Shown here piece after piece: positions 1 to 8,455 of a DNA stretch of 32,704 nucleotides. The notes below the pieces were generated by a model. It had not been told where the DNA came from. It ran no database searches and saw nothing but the letters and a program-made list of their open reading frames with translations. Source of the stretch: Patescibacteria group bacterium (GTDB taxonomy: Bacteria > Patescibacteriota > Patescibacteriia > Magasanikbacterales > UBA922); contig JBBTRO010000161.1 in assembly GCA_038065155.1 (NCBI GenBank), forward strand, positions 1-32,704, written 5' to 3'. Made by a program: the position numbers and the translations under genes. Within the stretch, counting starts at the first letter, position 1. Every line of letters begins with the position of its first letter.

Positions 1-1
1 G

Positions 2-1894
2 CTCGTCGCCGGAACAAAATTTCGCGGTGAATTTGAAGATCGCTTCAAGGCAGTCCTAAAAGAAGTAACCGAGTCAGAAGGCAAAATTATTTTATTTATT
101 GACGAACTCCACACCATCGTTGGTGCTGGCGCAAGTGAGGGCGCGGTAGACGCCAGCAATATGCTCAAACCCGCTCTGGCTCGCGGTGAACTTCATACTG
201 TTGGCGCGACAACGCTCAAAGAATACCAAAAGTATATTGAAAAGGACGCCGCGTTTGAGCGTAGATTCCAGCCCGTCATGGTGGTGGAACCGACAAAAGA
301 AGATGCGATTGCCATTTTACGCGGCATCAAGGAAAAATATGAAATCCATCACGGGGTGCGCATTACCGATGCCGCCATTGTCTCTGCTGTCGAACTCTCC
401 AGCCGCTATATTACCGATCGCTTCTTGCCAGACAAGGCGATTGATCTCATCGACGAAGCCACATCGGCTCTTCGGCTTGAGATTGATTCGATGCCGGATG
501 AACTTGATAAAATGAAGCGCACCATGACCAAGCTTGAAATTGAAATGCGCGCGCTCAAAAAAGAAACCGACCCGGAATCTCAGGAGCGATTGAAAAAATT
601 GAAGCAAGATTTGGAAAATTTACGCGAACGGAGCAATGAGCTTGAAGTCCACTGGAAAAATGAAAAAGAGATTATTACCAAGATTCGAGATCATAAAAAA
701 GAGATTGACCGCCTGAAGCAGGAGGCGGATATTGAAGAGCGCCGCGGCAATCTGCAAAAGGTGGCCGAGGTTCGCTATGGCAAAATCCCGATGATCGAAG
801 AAGCGATTAAAAAAGCCGAGCAGAAGTTGATTGAAATCCAAAAAGGCCGATCAATCCTAAAAGAAGAAGTAACCGAGCAGGATATTGCTGGGGTAGTGGC
901 GCGCTGGACTGGCATTCCCGTCTCCAAGATGCTTCAGGATGAAGTGAAGAAACTAGCGCACATGGAGGATGATATTAAACGCCGTGTCATTGGCCAGGCC
1001 GAAGCGATTACTGCTGTCGCCAATGCTATTCGCCGCTCCCGGGCTGGTATTTCCGAAAAGAAACGGCCAATTGGTTCATTCATTTTCATGGGGCCTACAG
1101 GGGTTGGAAAAACAGAGTTGGCGCGAGCGCTCGCGGAATTTATGTTCAACGATGATGAGGCGATTGTTCGGGTGGATATGAGCGAATACATGGAGCGGCA
1201 CGCCGTGAGCAAGATGATCGGCTCCCCTCCCGGTTATATTGGATATGAAGAAGGCGGGCAACTTACCGAAATTATTCGTCGTCGGCCATATTCAGTAGTT
1301 CTTTTCGACGAGATTGAAAAAGCGCATCCGGATGTGTTCAATATGATGCTCCAAATTCTGGAAGATGGCCACTTGACTGACGCAAAGGGCAGGAAGGTTA
1401 ATTTCAAAAATACCGTCATTATCATGACAAGTAATATCGGGTCAGAGATGATCATGGAAATGGGCCGACGCGGAGAGTTTGGTTTTGGCGAAAGTAAGAA
1501 AACGACTGGTGAAAAACAAGAAGAACGGATGCGGGAAAAAGTTATGGAAGCACTTAAAAACCATTTTAAACCTGAATTTTTGAATCGCATTGATGAAATT
1601 ATCGTCTTTCATCCGCTGGATCCAAAACAAATCCGCCAGATCGTCGATCTCCAACTGGCGCAAGTGACCAAGCGCCTTCTTGAGCAAAAAATTACGCTTG
1701 AGGTGACTGATAAAGCGAAGGACTGGCTTGGAAAGAAAGGTTATGATGCCAACTTGGGTGCCCGACCGCTCAAGCGCGTCATTCAAACCGAACTTCTTGA
1801 CCCTCTTTCTCTCCTTATTATTGAAGGCAAAGTTCATGATGGTAGTACTGTTGAAGTAACGGTGGAAAAAAATACTCTTGTGTTGAATGTGTAA
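2..1894 (+). CDS. clpB: ClpB disaggregase (AAA+ ATPase), 5' end outside window
   Basis: The frame is open from nt 2 ([22 protein letters not shown]...) and runs into the listed 161..1894 ORF. It has a coiled-coil middle domain and a second AAA+ module with Walker A GPTGVGKT and Walker [12 protein letters not shown]. The C-terminal GARPLKR motif is present. TAA stop at 1892-1894. Confidence 0.95.
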   Translation, partial: LVAGTKFRGEFEDRFKAVLKEVTESEGKIILFIDELHTIVGAGASEGAVDASNMLKPALARGELHTVGATTLKEYQKYIEKDAAFERRFQPVMVVEPTKEDAIAILRGIKEKYEIHHGVRITDAAIVSAVELSSRYITDRFLPDKAIDLIDEATSALRLEIDSMPDELDKMKRTMTKLEIEMRALKKETDPESQERLKKLKQDLENLRERSNELEVHWKNEKEIITKIRDHKKEIDRLKQEADIEERRGNLQKVAEVRYGKIPMIEEAIKKAEQKLIEIQKGRSILKEEVTEQDIAGVVARWTGIPVSKMLQDEVKKLAHMEDDIKRRVIGQAEAITAVANAIRRSRAGISEKKRPIGSFIFMGPTGVGKTELARALAEFMFNDDEAIVRVDMSEYMERHAVSKMIGSPPGYIGYEEGGQLTEIIRRRPYSVVLFDEIEKAHPDVFNMMLQILEDGHLTDAKGRKVNFKNTVIIMTSNIGSEMIMEMGRRGEFGFGESKKTTGEKQEERMREKVMEALKNHFKPEFLNRIDEIIVFHPLDPKQIRQIVDLQLAQVTKRLLEQKITLEVTDKAKDWLGKKGYDANLGARPLKRVIQTELLDPLSLLIIEGKVHDGSTVEVTVEKNTLVLNV

Positions 1895-1910
1895 TTTAAA
1901 AAAATCCTTT

Positions 1911-1952
1911 CCCTCCCCTCGTAGGGGAGGGAAAGGGTAGGGTCTCAACGAG
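1911..1952 (+). repeat. Palindromic repeat family copy a (intergenic, 17 nt after clpB stop)
   Basis: CCCTCCCCTCGTAGGGGAGGG hairpin followed by AAAGGGTAGGGTCTCAACGAG tail. Near-identical to the copies at 19601 and 23037 (reverse). Confidence 0.85.
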
Positions 1953-2044
1953 TGTAGGATTGTGATACTTTCTTGAATCGACTAGCTTTTGTGACTTCGA
2001 TAAAAGTTGGCAATCCATTAGATAGACTTCAACCATTACCGGCG

Positions 2045-2082
2045 CTGAGACCCTCCTCTGGCTCCTCCCTACGAGGGAGGAG
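2045..2082 (-). repeat. Palindromic repeat family copy b (intergenic, reverse orientation, 6 nt after ferredoxin stop)
   Basis: The reverse complement reads CTCCTCCCTCGTAGGGAGGAGCCAGAGGAGGGTCTCAG, with the same hairpin-plus-GGGTCTCA layout as copy a. Confidence 0.75.
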
Positions 2083-2088
2083 AATTTG

Positions 2089-2361
2089 TTAAGTATCCGG
2101 AAAAATTTTCTTTCCATCTTCGTCGTATAGATGAATCGCGAGAACTGGACAAGATTGAGCCGCGAGTTTGAGATTCTCATCGTCATCCGCATCGGGATCG
2201 ACAATATACGCCAGGTTTTGATCGTCCATCGCAAAAATCTTTGAGGAAACAAGAACGCAAGATCGCGCGCCAATACAAGCGGTACGGTCAACAACAATCC
2301 GACGTATCTTCCCTGTCTTTCTTTGGGCATCAGCCAAAGGCTCATTGTTTTCTTCGTTCAT
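2089..2361 (-). CDS. Small single-cluster ferredoxin (Fe-S protein)
   Basis: Motifs DRTACIGARSC...SCP resemble single [3Fe-4S]/[4Fe-4S] cluster ferredoxins. The ATG at 2361 is preferred over the TTG at 2391 used by the ORF track. It is the last gene of the suf-like operon. Confidence 0.7.
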   Translation of the reverse strand: MNEENNEPLADAQRKTGKIRRIVVDRTACIGARSCVLVSSKIFAMDDQNLAYIVDPDADDDENLKLAAQSCPVLAIHLYDEDGKKIFPDT

Positions 2362-2397
2362 AAACCTAAACGCTAATCGATAAACGCTCAAATTTTA

Positions 2398-2709
2398 TCA
2401 TATTCCAAGTGCTTCTCGCAAGGCTGGCGGCGGTTGCCACGGCGGCTCAAACGTGACCTCGACTTCTACCGCCGAAAAGCCCAATTCGCGCATATTATCG
2501 GTCACTTCTTGTTTGAGATACTCCCCGACTGGACATAAGGGCGACGTAAATGTCATGAGAATGTAAATCTCCTTTTCACTTTTTATTTTGATATCATAAA
2601 TAAGGCCCATGGTATGAATATCCAAACCAACTTCGGGGTCGAGGATGGTCTCGATCATTTCAATAACCCGATCTTTTTTGACATTTGGATTTTGGATTTG
2701 ATTTGTCAT
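2398..2709 (-). CDS. DUF59/MIP18-family Fe-S assembly protein (SufT-like)
   Basis: The sequence ...VIEMIETILDPEVGLDIHTMGLIYDI...TFTSPLCPVGEY shows the typical DUF59 core with its conserved Cys. The start overlaps the sufC stop (ATGA at 2706-2709). Confidence 0.85.
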   Translation of the reverse strand: MTNQIQNPNVKKDRVIEMIETILDPEVGLDIHTMGLIYDIKIKSEKEIYILMTFTSPLCPVGEYLKQEVTDNMRELGFSAVEVEVTFEPPWQPPPALREALGI

Positions 2710-3449
2710 TGGGATTTTGGCATTAGGAATTCTTCATATCCTTTCTTCTCTACTTCCTCCGCCAACTCTTTCCCACCTGACTTCACAATCTTCCCGCCAA
2801 CCATAATATGTACATAATCCGGCTGAACGTATTGCAGAATCCGATTGTAATGAGTAATCAGAAGCACGCCGTTGTCTTTTGAGTGGAAGCGATTGATTCC
2901 TTCGGCCACGATTTTGAGTGCGTCAACATCCAATCCCGAGTCAGTTTCATCCAGAATCGCGTACTTAGGATTTAATGTAAGAAGTTGCAGTATCTCCATG
3001 CGTTTTTTTTCTCCGCCGGAAAAACCGACATTCAGGTACCGCCCAGCAAAGGCTGGATCCATATTTAATGACTTCATTTTTTCGAGGAGGGCCTGGTGAA
3101 ATTTGACCGGATTCTGCTTTTCACCAGTCATGGCGGCAACAGCCGTGCGCAAAAAGTTGGTAATTGTCACTCCTTCAACTTCCGGCGGGTATTGCATGGA
3201 CAAAAACAAGCCCTTTTTAGCCTTTTCATGGACTTTTTTATCTGTAACATTTTCTCCATCCAACAATATTTTCCCTTCAGTGATAGTATATTTTGGGTGC
3301 CCCATAATCGCGTTCGCAAGCGTCGATTTTCCTGATCCATTTGGCCCCATGATGGCGTGAACTTCTCCTGGCTGCACTTTTAAAGAAACTCCTAGGACAA
3401 TAGGGTTATTTTCTACAGAGATGAAAAGTTTTCGCAATTCAAGTGACAT
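2706..3449 (-). CDS. sufC: SufC Fe-S cluster assembly ATPase
   Basis: Starts MSLELRKLFISVENNPIVLGVSL..., with Walker A GPNGSGKST, ABC signature FSGGEKKR and Walker B ILDETDSGLD. The true ATG is at 3449. The listed 332-aa ORF is an upstream extension that overlaps the preceding gene. Confidence 0.95.
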   Translation of the reverse strand: MSLELRKLFISVENNPIVLGVSLKVQPGEVHAIMGPNGSGKSTLANAIMGHPKYTITEGKILLDGENVTDKKVHEKAKKGLFLSMQYPPEVEGVTITNFLRTAVAAMTGEKQNPVKFHQALLEKMKSLNMDPAFAGRYLNVGFSGGEKKRMEILQLLTLNPKYAILDETDSGLDVDALKIVAEGINRFHSKDNGVLLITHYNRILQYVQPDYVHIMVGGKIVKSGGKELAEEVEKKGYEEFLMPKSQ

Positions 3450-3453
3450 AGGA

Positions 3454-3936
3454 TTAAAAACCGTAATCAACAGGCCCATATCCTGGGACGCTGACATAAC
3501 CTTGAGAATTGTCCTCGTTGTAGTTACCGGCGCCAAAATTACCTTCTGACCAAAAATTGTCTCCACGAACATCTCCTCCCTCAGTTGAGCCTTGTGTAAT
3601 TGCGTACCAATTGCCCAGCGGCGTTGGATTCCCTTCCCGGCCAAAATCACCGTTGACTCGTATCCAGTATGACCCAGGAGCAATATGGCCAAGGACACGT
3701 TCAAATTCAGCTACTTGCTCGATTGTTAATTCTTGGCCATTGAGAAAAATGTTTGTGTTAGTTGATAGTGAAACCGTCGGTTGTTCTTTTGGGGCAGGTG
3801 TTTCTTGTGCAGACGGAAGTGTTGGCGATGCATCTGACACAGGTGTAGGGGCAATATCCTGAGAAAATTTCACCGCACTGATTCCTACCACGACTGCGAC
3901 AGCGCCAACCAATATAATTAAAAGTTTTATTTTCAT
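3454..3936 (-). CDS. Hypothetical exported/membrane-anchored protein embedded in the suf operon
   Basis: Has an N-terminal hydrophobic segment (MKIKLLIILVGAVAVVVGISAV), a Pro/Thr/Ser-rich linker and a Gly/Asn/Tyr-rich C-terminal domain. No family recognised. Confidence 0.6.
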   Translation of the reverse strand: MKIKLLIILVGAVAVVVGISAVKFSQDIAPTPVSDASPTLPSAQETPAPKEQPTVSLSTNTNIFLNGQELTIEQVAEFERVLGHIAPGSYWIRVNGDFGREGNPTPLGNWYAITQGSTEGGDVRGDNFWSEGNFGAGNYNEDNSQGYVSVPGYGPVDYGF

Positions 3937-3943
3937 AGAATTT

Positions 3944-4306
3944 TTAAATACATTTTTGAATTGCCCTCAGCCCTAAAAGAGCACACTGGACTCGTGTTGG
4001 AATAATTTCAGTACCAAGTAAGTCAGTAACATCTTTTAAATTCATTTGTCGAATAGTATTTTTATCTTTTCCATTTACATCGTTTGTCACTAATGATACC
4101 GCAGCGGTAGAAATGGCACAACCGATACCTTGGTGGCCAATACCTAGTACTCTCCCCTCTTTATCAAATTTTATCCGCACCGTAATGTCGTCACCGCAGA
4201 GTGGATTAAATTCGCGCGCTTCAACATCAAAATCCAGTAGCAATTTTTTGTTGAGCGGATGGCGGTTTAGTTCAAGGATAATCTCTTTATAGATTGTGTC
4301 TTCCAT
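3944..4306 (-). CDS. sufU: SufU/IscU-like sulfur-transfer scaffold
   Basis: The motifs NPLCGDD, GIGCAIS and TRVQCALLG give the three conserved Cys of SufU-type proteins. It lies directly downstream of sufS. Confidence 0.85.
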   Translation of the reverse strand: MEDTIYKEIILELNRHPLNKKLLLDFDVEAREFNPLCGDDITVRIKFDKEGRVLGIGHQGIGCAISTAAVSLVTNDVNGKDKNTIRQMNLKDVTDLLGTEIIPTRVQCALLGLRAIQKCI

Positions 4307-4307
4307 A

Positions 4308-5519
4308 TTATGAAAAAATTCTCTTGACCTCTTTTATACCTTCGACCAACCGATCGACATCTTCTCTCGAATTATATATCCCAAACGATGCTCGTGTCGT
4401 TCCCGGAATCCCAAGGTATTGCATCAGTGGCATCGTACAATGATGCCCGGCACGTACCGCAATATTGTACTTGGTATCAAGGACAGAGGCGATGTCATGA
4501 GGGTGCACACAATCAAGTATAAACGATATAACACCGACACGCTTCTCTATGGGGCCAATAATCGTGAGCCCCCCAATCCTTTGTAATTCTTGCATTGCGT
4601 ACAACATGACCTCTACCTCGTGCTCGAGAATTTGCAGCCAACCAATACGTTGCAAATATTGAGTCGCTGTTGCGAGACCAATGGCGCCTCCGATATTGGG
4701 CGTACCGGCTTCGAATCTCCACGGTATGTCATTCCAGATTGCTTTGGCAAATGTTACTTCCTTAATCATATCGCCGCCAAAGAGAACTGGATCCATTTTT
4801 TCGAGCCGTTCTCTTTTTCCATACAGGACGCCAATACCCGTTGGTCCATACATCTTGTGGCCAGAGAAGACGAGAAAATCACAATTCAACGTCTTGACGC
4901 TTACAGAGAAGTGAGCCATCGCTTGTGCCGCGTCTATTATCATAATAGCGCCAACGCTTTTCGCCCGTTCAATAATCGAAGTCGCATTATTTATCGTACC
5001 TAAGGTATTAGACACAAGGGTGAATGAAACAATTTTCGTATTTTTATCAATCAGATTTTTCAAGGTGTCATCACTGGTTTGCAATTCATAATTTTCAAGT
5101 TCAATAAACCGCAGCTCAAATCCATATCGCCTGCTCATCTCCTGCCACGGGATGAGATTGGCATGATGTTCCATTCTAGTAAGGACTACATTATCCCCGG
5201 GCTTTAAATCTTTCCCAAGCGCCTGAGCCAACATGTTTAAGCCTTGGGTTGCACCTGATGTAAAAATAACTTCTTCAAATTTTGCCTCCAAGCTATCGGC
5301 TACTACCTGCCGTGCGACCTCGTACATTTCTGTGGCCTCATTACTGAGTTTGTATATGCCCCGATGAATGTTTGCGCGATATTTTGTGTAATACGCGTCC
5401 ATCACATCTAGGACCACTTGCGGCGTTTGCGTTGTTGACGCATTGTCAAGATAGACCAAATTAGGATGGTTTTTGAAAATTGGAAAGTCAGTTTTAATTT
5501 TTCCTAATTCTTGATTCAT
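4308..5519 (-). CDS. sufS: SufS cysteine desulfurase (class II aminotransferase V)
   Basis: Contains FPIFKN...VYLDNASTTQ, the PLP-lysine region FSGHKMYGPTGIG and the active-site RAGHHCTMP. The ATG at 5519 (MNQELGKIK...) is preferred. The listed start at 5558 would overlap sufB. Confidence 0.93.
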   Translation of the reverse strand: MNQELGKIKTDFPIFKNHPNLVYLDNASTTQTPQVVLDVMDAYYTKYRANIHRGIYKLSNEATEMYEVARQVVADSLEAKFEEVIFTSGATQGLNMLAQALGKDLKPGDNVVLTRMEHHANLIPWQEMSRRYGFELRFIELENYELQTSDDTLKNLIDKNTKIVSFTLVSNTLGTINNATSIIERAKSVGAIMIIDAAQAMAHFSVSVKTLNCDFLVFSGHKMYGPTGIGVLYGKRERLEKMDPVLFGGDMIKEVTFAKAIWNDIPWRFEAGTPNIGGAIGLATATQYLQRIGWLQILEHEVEVMLYAMQELQRIGGLTIIGPIEKRVGVISFILDCVHPHDIASVLDTKYNIAVRAGHHCTMPLMQYLGIPGTTRASFGIYNSREDVDRLVEGIKEVKRIFS

Positions 5520-5532
5520 AATTCTTGATTCT

Positions 5533-6954
5533 TCACCCCACCGCTCCCTCCATCTCAAGTTCTATCAACTTGTTCAGTTCTAACGCATACTCAAGCGGCA
5601 GTGCTTTCACAATCGGCTCTATAAATCCAGCCACCACCAACTGCGTCGCCTGCTCTTCGTTCATTCCACGGCTCATAAGATAAAAAATCTTTTCGGTATC
5701 AATTCTGCCCACGCGCGCTTCGTGCGCGGCCGAGACATCATTCGTATCAATTTTGAGCATCGGATAGGTATCCGCCTTGGAATCTTCGTCGAGAAGCAGG
5801 GCATCGCAGGATTGGTAAGTATCCGCCCCTTTGCCTTTTTTGGTAATGCGGACGAGTCCGCGGAAAATAGCGGTACCACCTCCGACACAAATAGATTTTG
5901 AACGAATCGTGGATTTGGTATACGGCGCCGCGTGAATCGCTTTTGCACCGACATCTTGATACTGCCCTGGGCCGGCAAAGGCCAAACCTAAGTTATCAGT
6001 TCGAGCATACGCACCTCGTAAAATTGAACACGGATACAGCATCGTAACGCCACTGCCCATATTGCCGCTCACCCACTCCATAATGCCGTGTTCATCAACA
6101 AGAGCGCGCTTCGTATTCAGGTTATAGGTATTTTTTGACCAATTTTCAATCGAGTAATACCGCGCCCGGGCACCTGGTTTAACGAAAATTTCTACACACC
6201 CGGCATGAAGCGAGCTTTTGTTATATTTTGGCGCACTGCAACCTTCGATGTATTGCACTTCGGCTCCCTCATCAACGATAATAAGTGTGTGCTCAAATTG
6301 TCCGCCGCGTTCGGCGTTCATGCGAAAGTAGGCTTGAAGCGGCAGATCAACTTTGACATTTTTTGGGATATAAATAAATGTACCACCGCTCCAGACCGCG
6401 GCGTGGAGCATGACAAATTTGTGATCGTTGATGGGAACACACTGAGTCATGAAATATTCTTTTACCATCTCGGGATACTTCTGCAGAGCCACGTCCATGT
6501 TTTCAAAAATCACACCCTGTTTTTTTAAATTTTCCTGAATATGGTGATACACCACGTCGCTGTCATACTGCGCGCCAACACCGGCGAGCGCGGTTTTTTC
6601 GGCCTCGGGAATGCCGAGACGATCAAAAGTCTTTTTAATGTCAGCCGGAACATCTTCCCAGCTCGTTTTTTCCTCTGTGCCGGGGCGAACAAAATAAACT
6701 ATTTCATCCAGTTTTAAACCGCTTAAATTCGGACCAAAATTCGGCATTGGTGCCTCTTGAAACAACGCAAAGGCCTTCAGGCGTTTCTCAAGCATCCAAG
6801 CAGGCTCATTTTTTTGTTTGGAAATTTCGCGCACCACGTCTTCGGTCAAACCTGGCTTTGCCTTGTAAGAGGAATGATCAGCATTGGCCTCTTCGTAGAG
6901 AGAGCGATCGACGAGAGTCACTTGAGCTTTGTTATTTGTTTTTTCTCTTGACAT
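5533..6954 (-). CDS. sufB: SufB Fe-S cluster assembly scaffold
   Basis: 473 aa with typical SufB sequence throughout (e.g. VWSGGTFIYIPKNVKV, FRGLVRI, DALLLDE, HEARVGRI). Confidence 0.95.
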   Translation of the reverse strand: MSREKTNNKAQVTLVDRSLYEEANADHSSYKAKPGLTEDVVREISKQKNEPAWMLEKRLKAFALFQEAPMPNFGPNLSGLKLDEIVYFVRPGTEEKTSWEDVPADIKKTFDRLGIPEAEKTALAGVGAQYDSDVVYHHIQENLKKQGVIFENMDVALQKYPEMVKEYFMTQCVPINDHKFVMLHAAVWSGGTFIYIPKNVKVDLPLQAYFRMNAERGGQFEHTLIIVDEGAEVQYIEGCSAPKYNKSSLHAGCVEIFVKPGARARYYSIENWSKNTYNLNTKRALVDEHGIMEWVSGNMGSGVTMLYPCSILRGAYARTDNLGLAFAGPGQYQDVGAKAIHAAPYTKSTIRSKSICVGGGTAIFRGLVRITKKGKGADTYQSCDALLLDEDSKADTYPMLKIDTNDVSAAHEARVGRIDTEKIFYLMSRGMNEEQATQLVVAGFIEPIVKALPLEYALELNKLIELEMEGAVG

Positions 6955-6984
6955 AAATCATTTTTTTGTTTATTATGAAGGGCT

Positions 6985-7195
6985 GGGTACGCGGGTGAGG
7001 AAAGGGGAAAACTATGGAGAGAATCCGAAGAATTTCTCGATATTCACTCCGGTCTGTCGTTGCGCTTTGGGCGCTGACGACAGTTACTATCGTCGGCACG
7101 ATCTGGCTCGTGCCAGGCGGCCTCTGGAGTCGACTCTCGTCACGTCAAGCAAGACGTGACGAGGTGGGACAAAAATAACTTTCACCCGCGTACCC
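6985..7195. ncRNA. Unclassified GC-rich multi-helix element between nifS and sufB (structured RNA or MITE-like insert)
   Basis: A perfect 14-bp closing inverted repeat pairs GGGTACGCGGGTGA (6985-6998) with TCACCCGCGTACCC (7182-7195). Internal helices lie at 7019-7038, 7046-7052/7124-7130, 7054-7083, 7095-7114 and 7136-7163 (an 11-bp perfect stem). There is no credible ORF. Strand is unresolved. Confidence 0.45.
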
Positions 7196-8450
7196 GCCTT
7201 AATTCTTCCACGATCTTCGGTAAATATTTCATAACATAATCAATGTCTGGTTTTGTTGTCATTTTTCCCAAGGTGAAACGAACACTACTTCTTACATCCT
7301 GTCCCTTCACACCGCAAGCGAGTAAAACATGGGACGCCTCATCACTGGTTGATGCGCAGGCCGAACCGCTGGCCGCCACGATGCCGTAACTGTCGAGATA
7401 GAGTATCAGCGCTTCGGCTTCAATCCCTTTGAAGGTGATGTTGAGGTTGTTGGGGAGCCTGTCGACTTTGACATACGTTGAGACCTCACCCTTCCCTCTC
7501 CTACTAGGAGAGGGATCCATCACTATCGCTGGTCCGTTTAACACCACATCCGGAATCTTTTTCTGAATTTCACCCCAAAAATAATTCCTCAATCGTTCCA
7601 AATTCCAAATTCCAAATTCCAAATTCTCTCGTGTCAATTCCAGCGCTTTTGCAAACCCAATTATCCCCGCCACATTCTCTGTGCCACTCCGGAGTCCTTG
7701 TTCTTGTCCCCCACCATACATGATTGGTTCTAACGGTACGCCACGCCGTTTGTATAAAATGCCAACCCCCTTTGGTCCATAAATTTTATTACCGTTCAGG
7801 CTCAAAAGGTCCACATGGAGCCGATCAACATGAAGGTCCAAGTAACCTGCCGCCTGGCACGCATCGGTATGAAAATACGGGTACGGAGCCTTATTCGCTT
7901 TCCGCCACTTTAAAATTTCTTTTCCAATTTCCACAATCGGTTCAATCGTACCGATTTCATTGTTGGCGTACATGACGGAAACAAGTACGGTGTCTGGCCG
8001 CACTGCTTCCATCACTTGTTCCTTGCTTATTGTTCCTTGTTCATTCACCGGAAGATACGTCACTTCCCAACCCTCTTCCTCTAATTGTCGTATTGGATTC
8101 AGCACTGCATGGTGCTCAATCTGCGTTGTCACAATATGGCCCAATGTTTTAATGTTTTTATGCTTTAATGATTTCATGAGACCAAGGATTGCCAAATTAC
8201 ATGATTCTGTTCCACCGCTGGTAAAAATAATCGTATCTGATTGCGTGTCCAAAATACCGGCAAAAGCATCCCGAGCTTTGTCAATCGCCTGACGAACGCG
8301 AACCGACGCACTTGAGAGTCCTGATGGATTCGCAAACTCATTCGTGAGATACGGTTTCATCGCCTTGAGCACATACGGATCAAGTGGCGTTGCGGATGCG
8401 TGGTCGAGGTAAACCTGCCGCACTGGTTTTGGTTTTTTGGGAAAAGCCAT
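7182..8450 (-). CDS. Class I cysteine desulfurase (NifS/IscS-like) carrying an in-frame repeat insertion
   Basis: Contains YLDHASATPL, HTDACQAAG, SLNGNKIYGPKGVG and the active-site loop SGSACAS. The ATG at 8450 (MAFPKK...) is preferred over the TTG at 8459. Confidence 0.9.
   Translation of the reverse strand: MAFPKKPKPVRQVYLDHASATPLDPYVLKAMKPYLTNEFANPSGLSSASVRVRQAIDKARDAFAGILDTQSDTIIFTSGGTESCNLAILGLMKSLKHKNIKTLGHIVTTQIEHHAVLNPIRQLEEEGWEVTYLPVNEQGTISKEQVMEAVRPDTVLVSVMYANNEIGTIEPIVEIGKEILKWRKANKAPYPYFHTDACQAAGYLDLHVDRLHVDLLSLNGNKIYGPKGVGILYKRRGVPLEPIMYGGGQEQGLRSGTENVAGIIGFAKALELTRENLEFGIWNLERLRNYFWGEIQKKIPDVVLNGPAIVMDPSPSRRGKGEVSTYVKVDRLPNNLNITFKGIEAEALILYLDSYGIVAASGSACASTSDEASHVLLACGVKGQDVRSSVRFTLGKMTTKPDIDYVMKYLPKIVEELRRVRG
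7476..7515 (-). repeat. Palindromic repeat family copy c, in frame inside nifS/iscS-like CDS
   Basis: The sense-strand sequence TCCCTCTCCTAGTAGGAGAGGGAAGGGTGAGGTCTCAACG encodes PSPSRRGKGEVST, just before the conserved RLPNNLN segment. Confidence 0.8.
7598..7625. repeat. Heptanucleotide tandem repeat (CCAAATT)x4 inside nifS/iscS-like CDS
   Basis: Four perfect 7-nt units are read directly from the sequence. They encode NLEFGIWNLE. Confidence 0.9.
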
Positions 8451-8455
8451 AAGTT

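Noticed and set aside
1896-2345. A 149-aa minus-strand ORF spanning the clpB/ferredoxin gap.
   Set aside because: It reads through both repeat copies and overlaps the ferredoxin gene out of frame. There are no start signals and the composition is low-complexity.
3450-3704. An 85-codon N-terminal extension of sufC.
   Set aside because: It overlaps the upstream orphan gene in another frame. SufC homology starts at MSLELRKL (ATG 3449).
6929-7159. A 76-aa plus-strand ORF inside the structured spacer.
   Set aside because: It starts inside sufB on the antisense strand, has no RBS, and has an odd composition. The region is better explained by its nested inverted repeats.
6985-7195. Partial resemblance of the structured element to TPP (GATCTGG...GCCAG), lysine (GAAAGGGGA...CCGAAG) or M-box (GGTGAGG) riboswitch motifs.
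   Set aside because: Only isolated short strings match. The required core motifs (for example CUGAGA for TPP) and the helix order are missing. The genomic context (Fe-S genes, plus-strand orientation antisense to the desulfurase) does not fit those classes.
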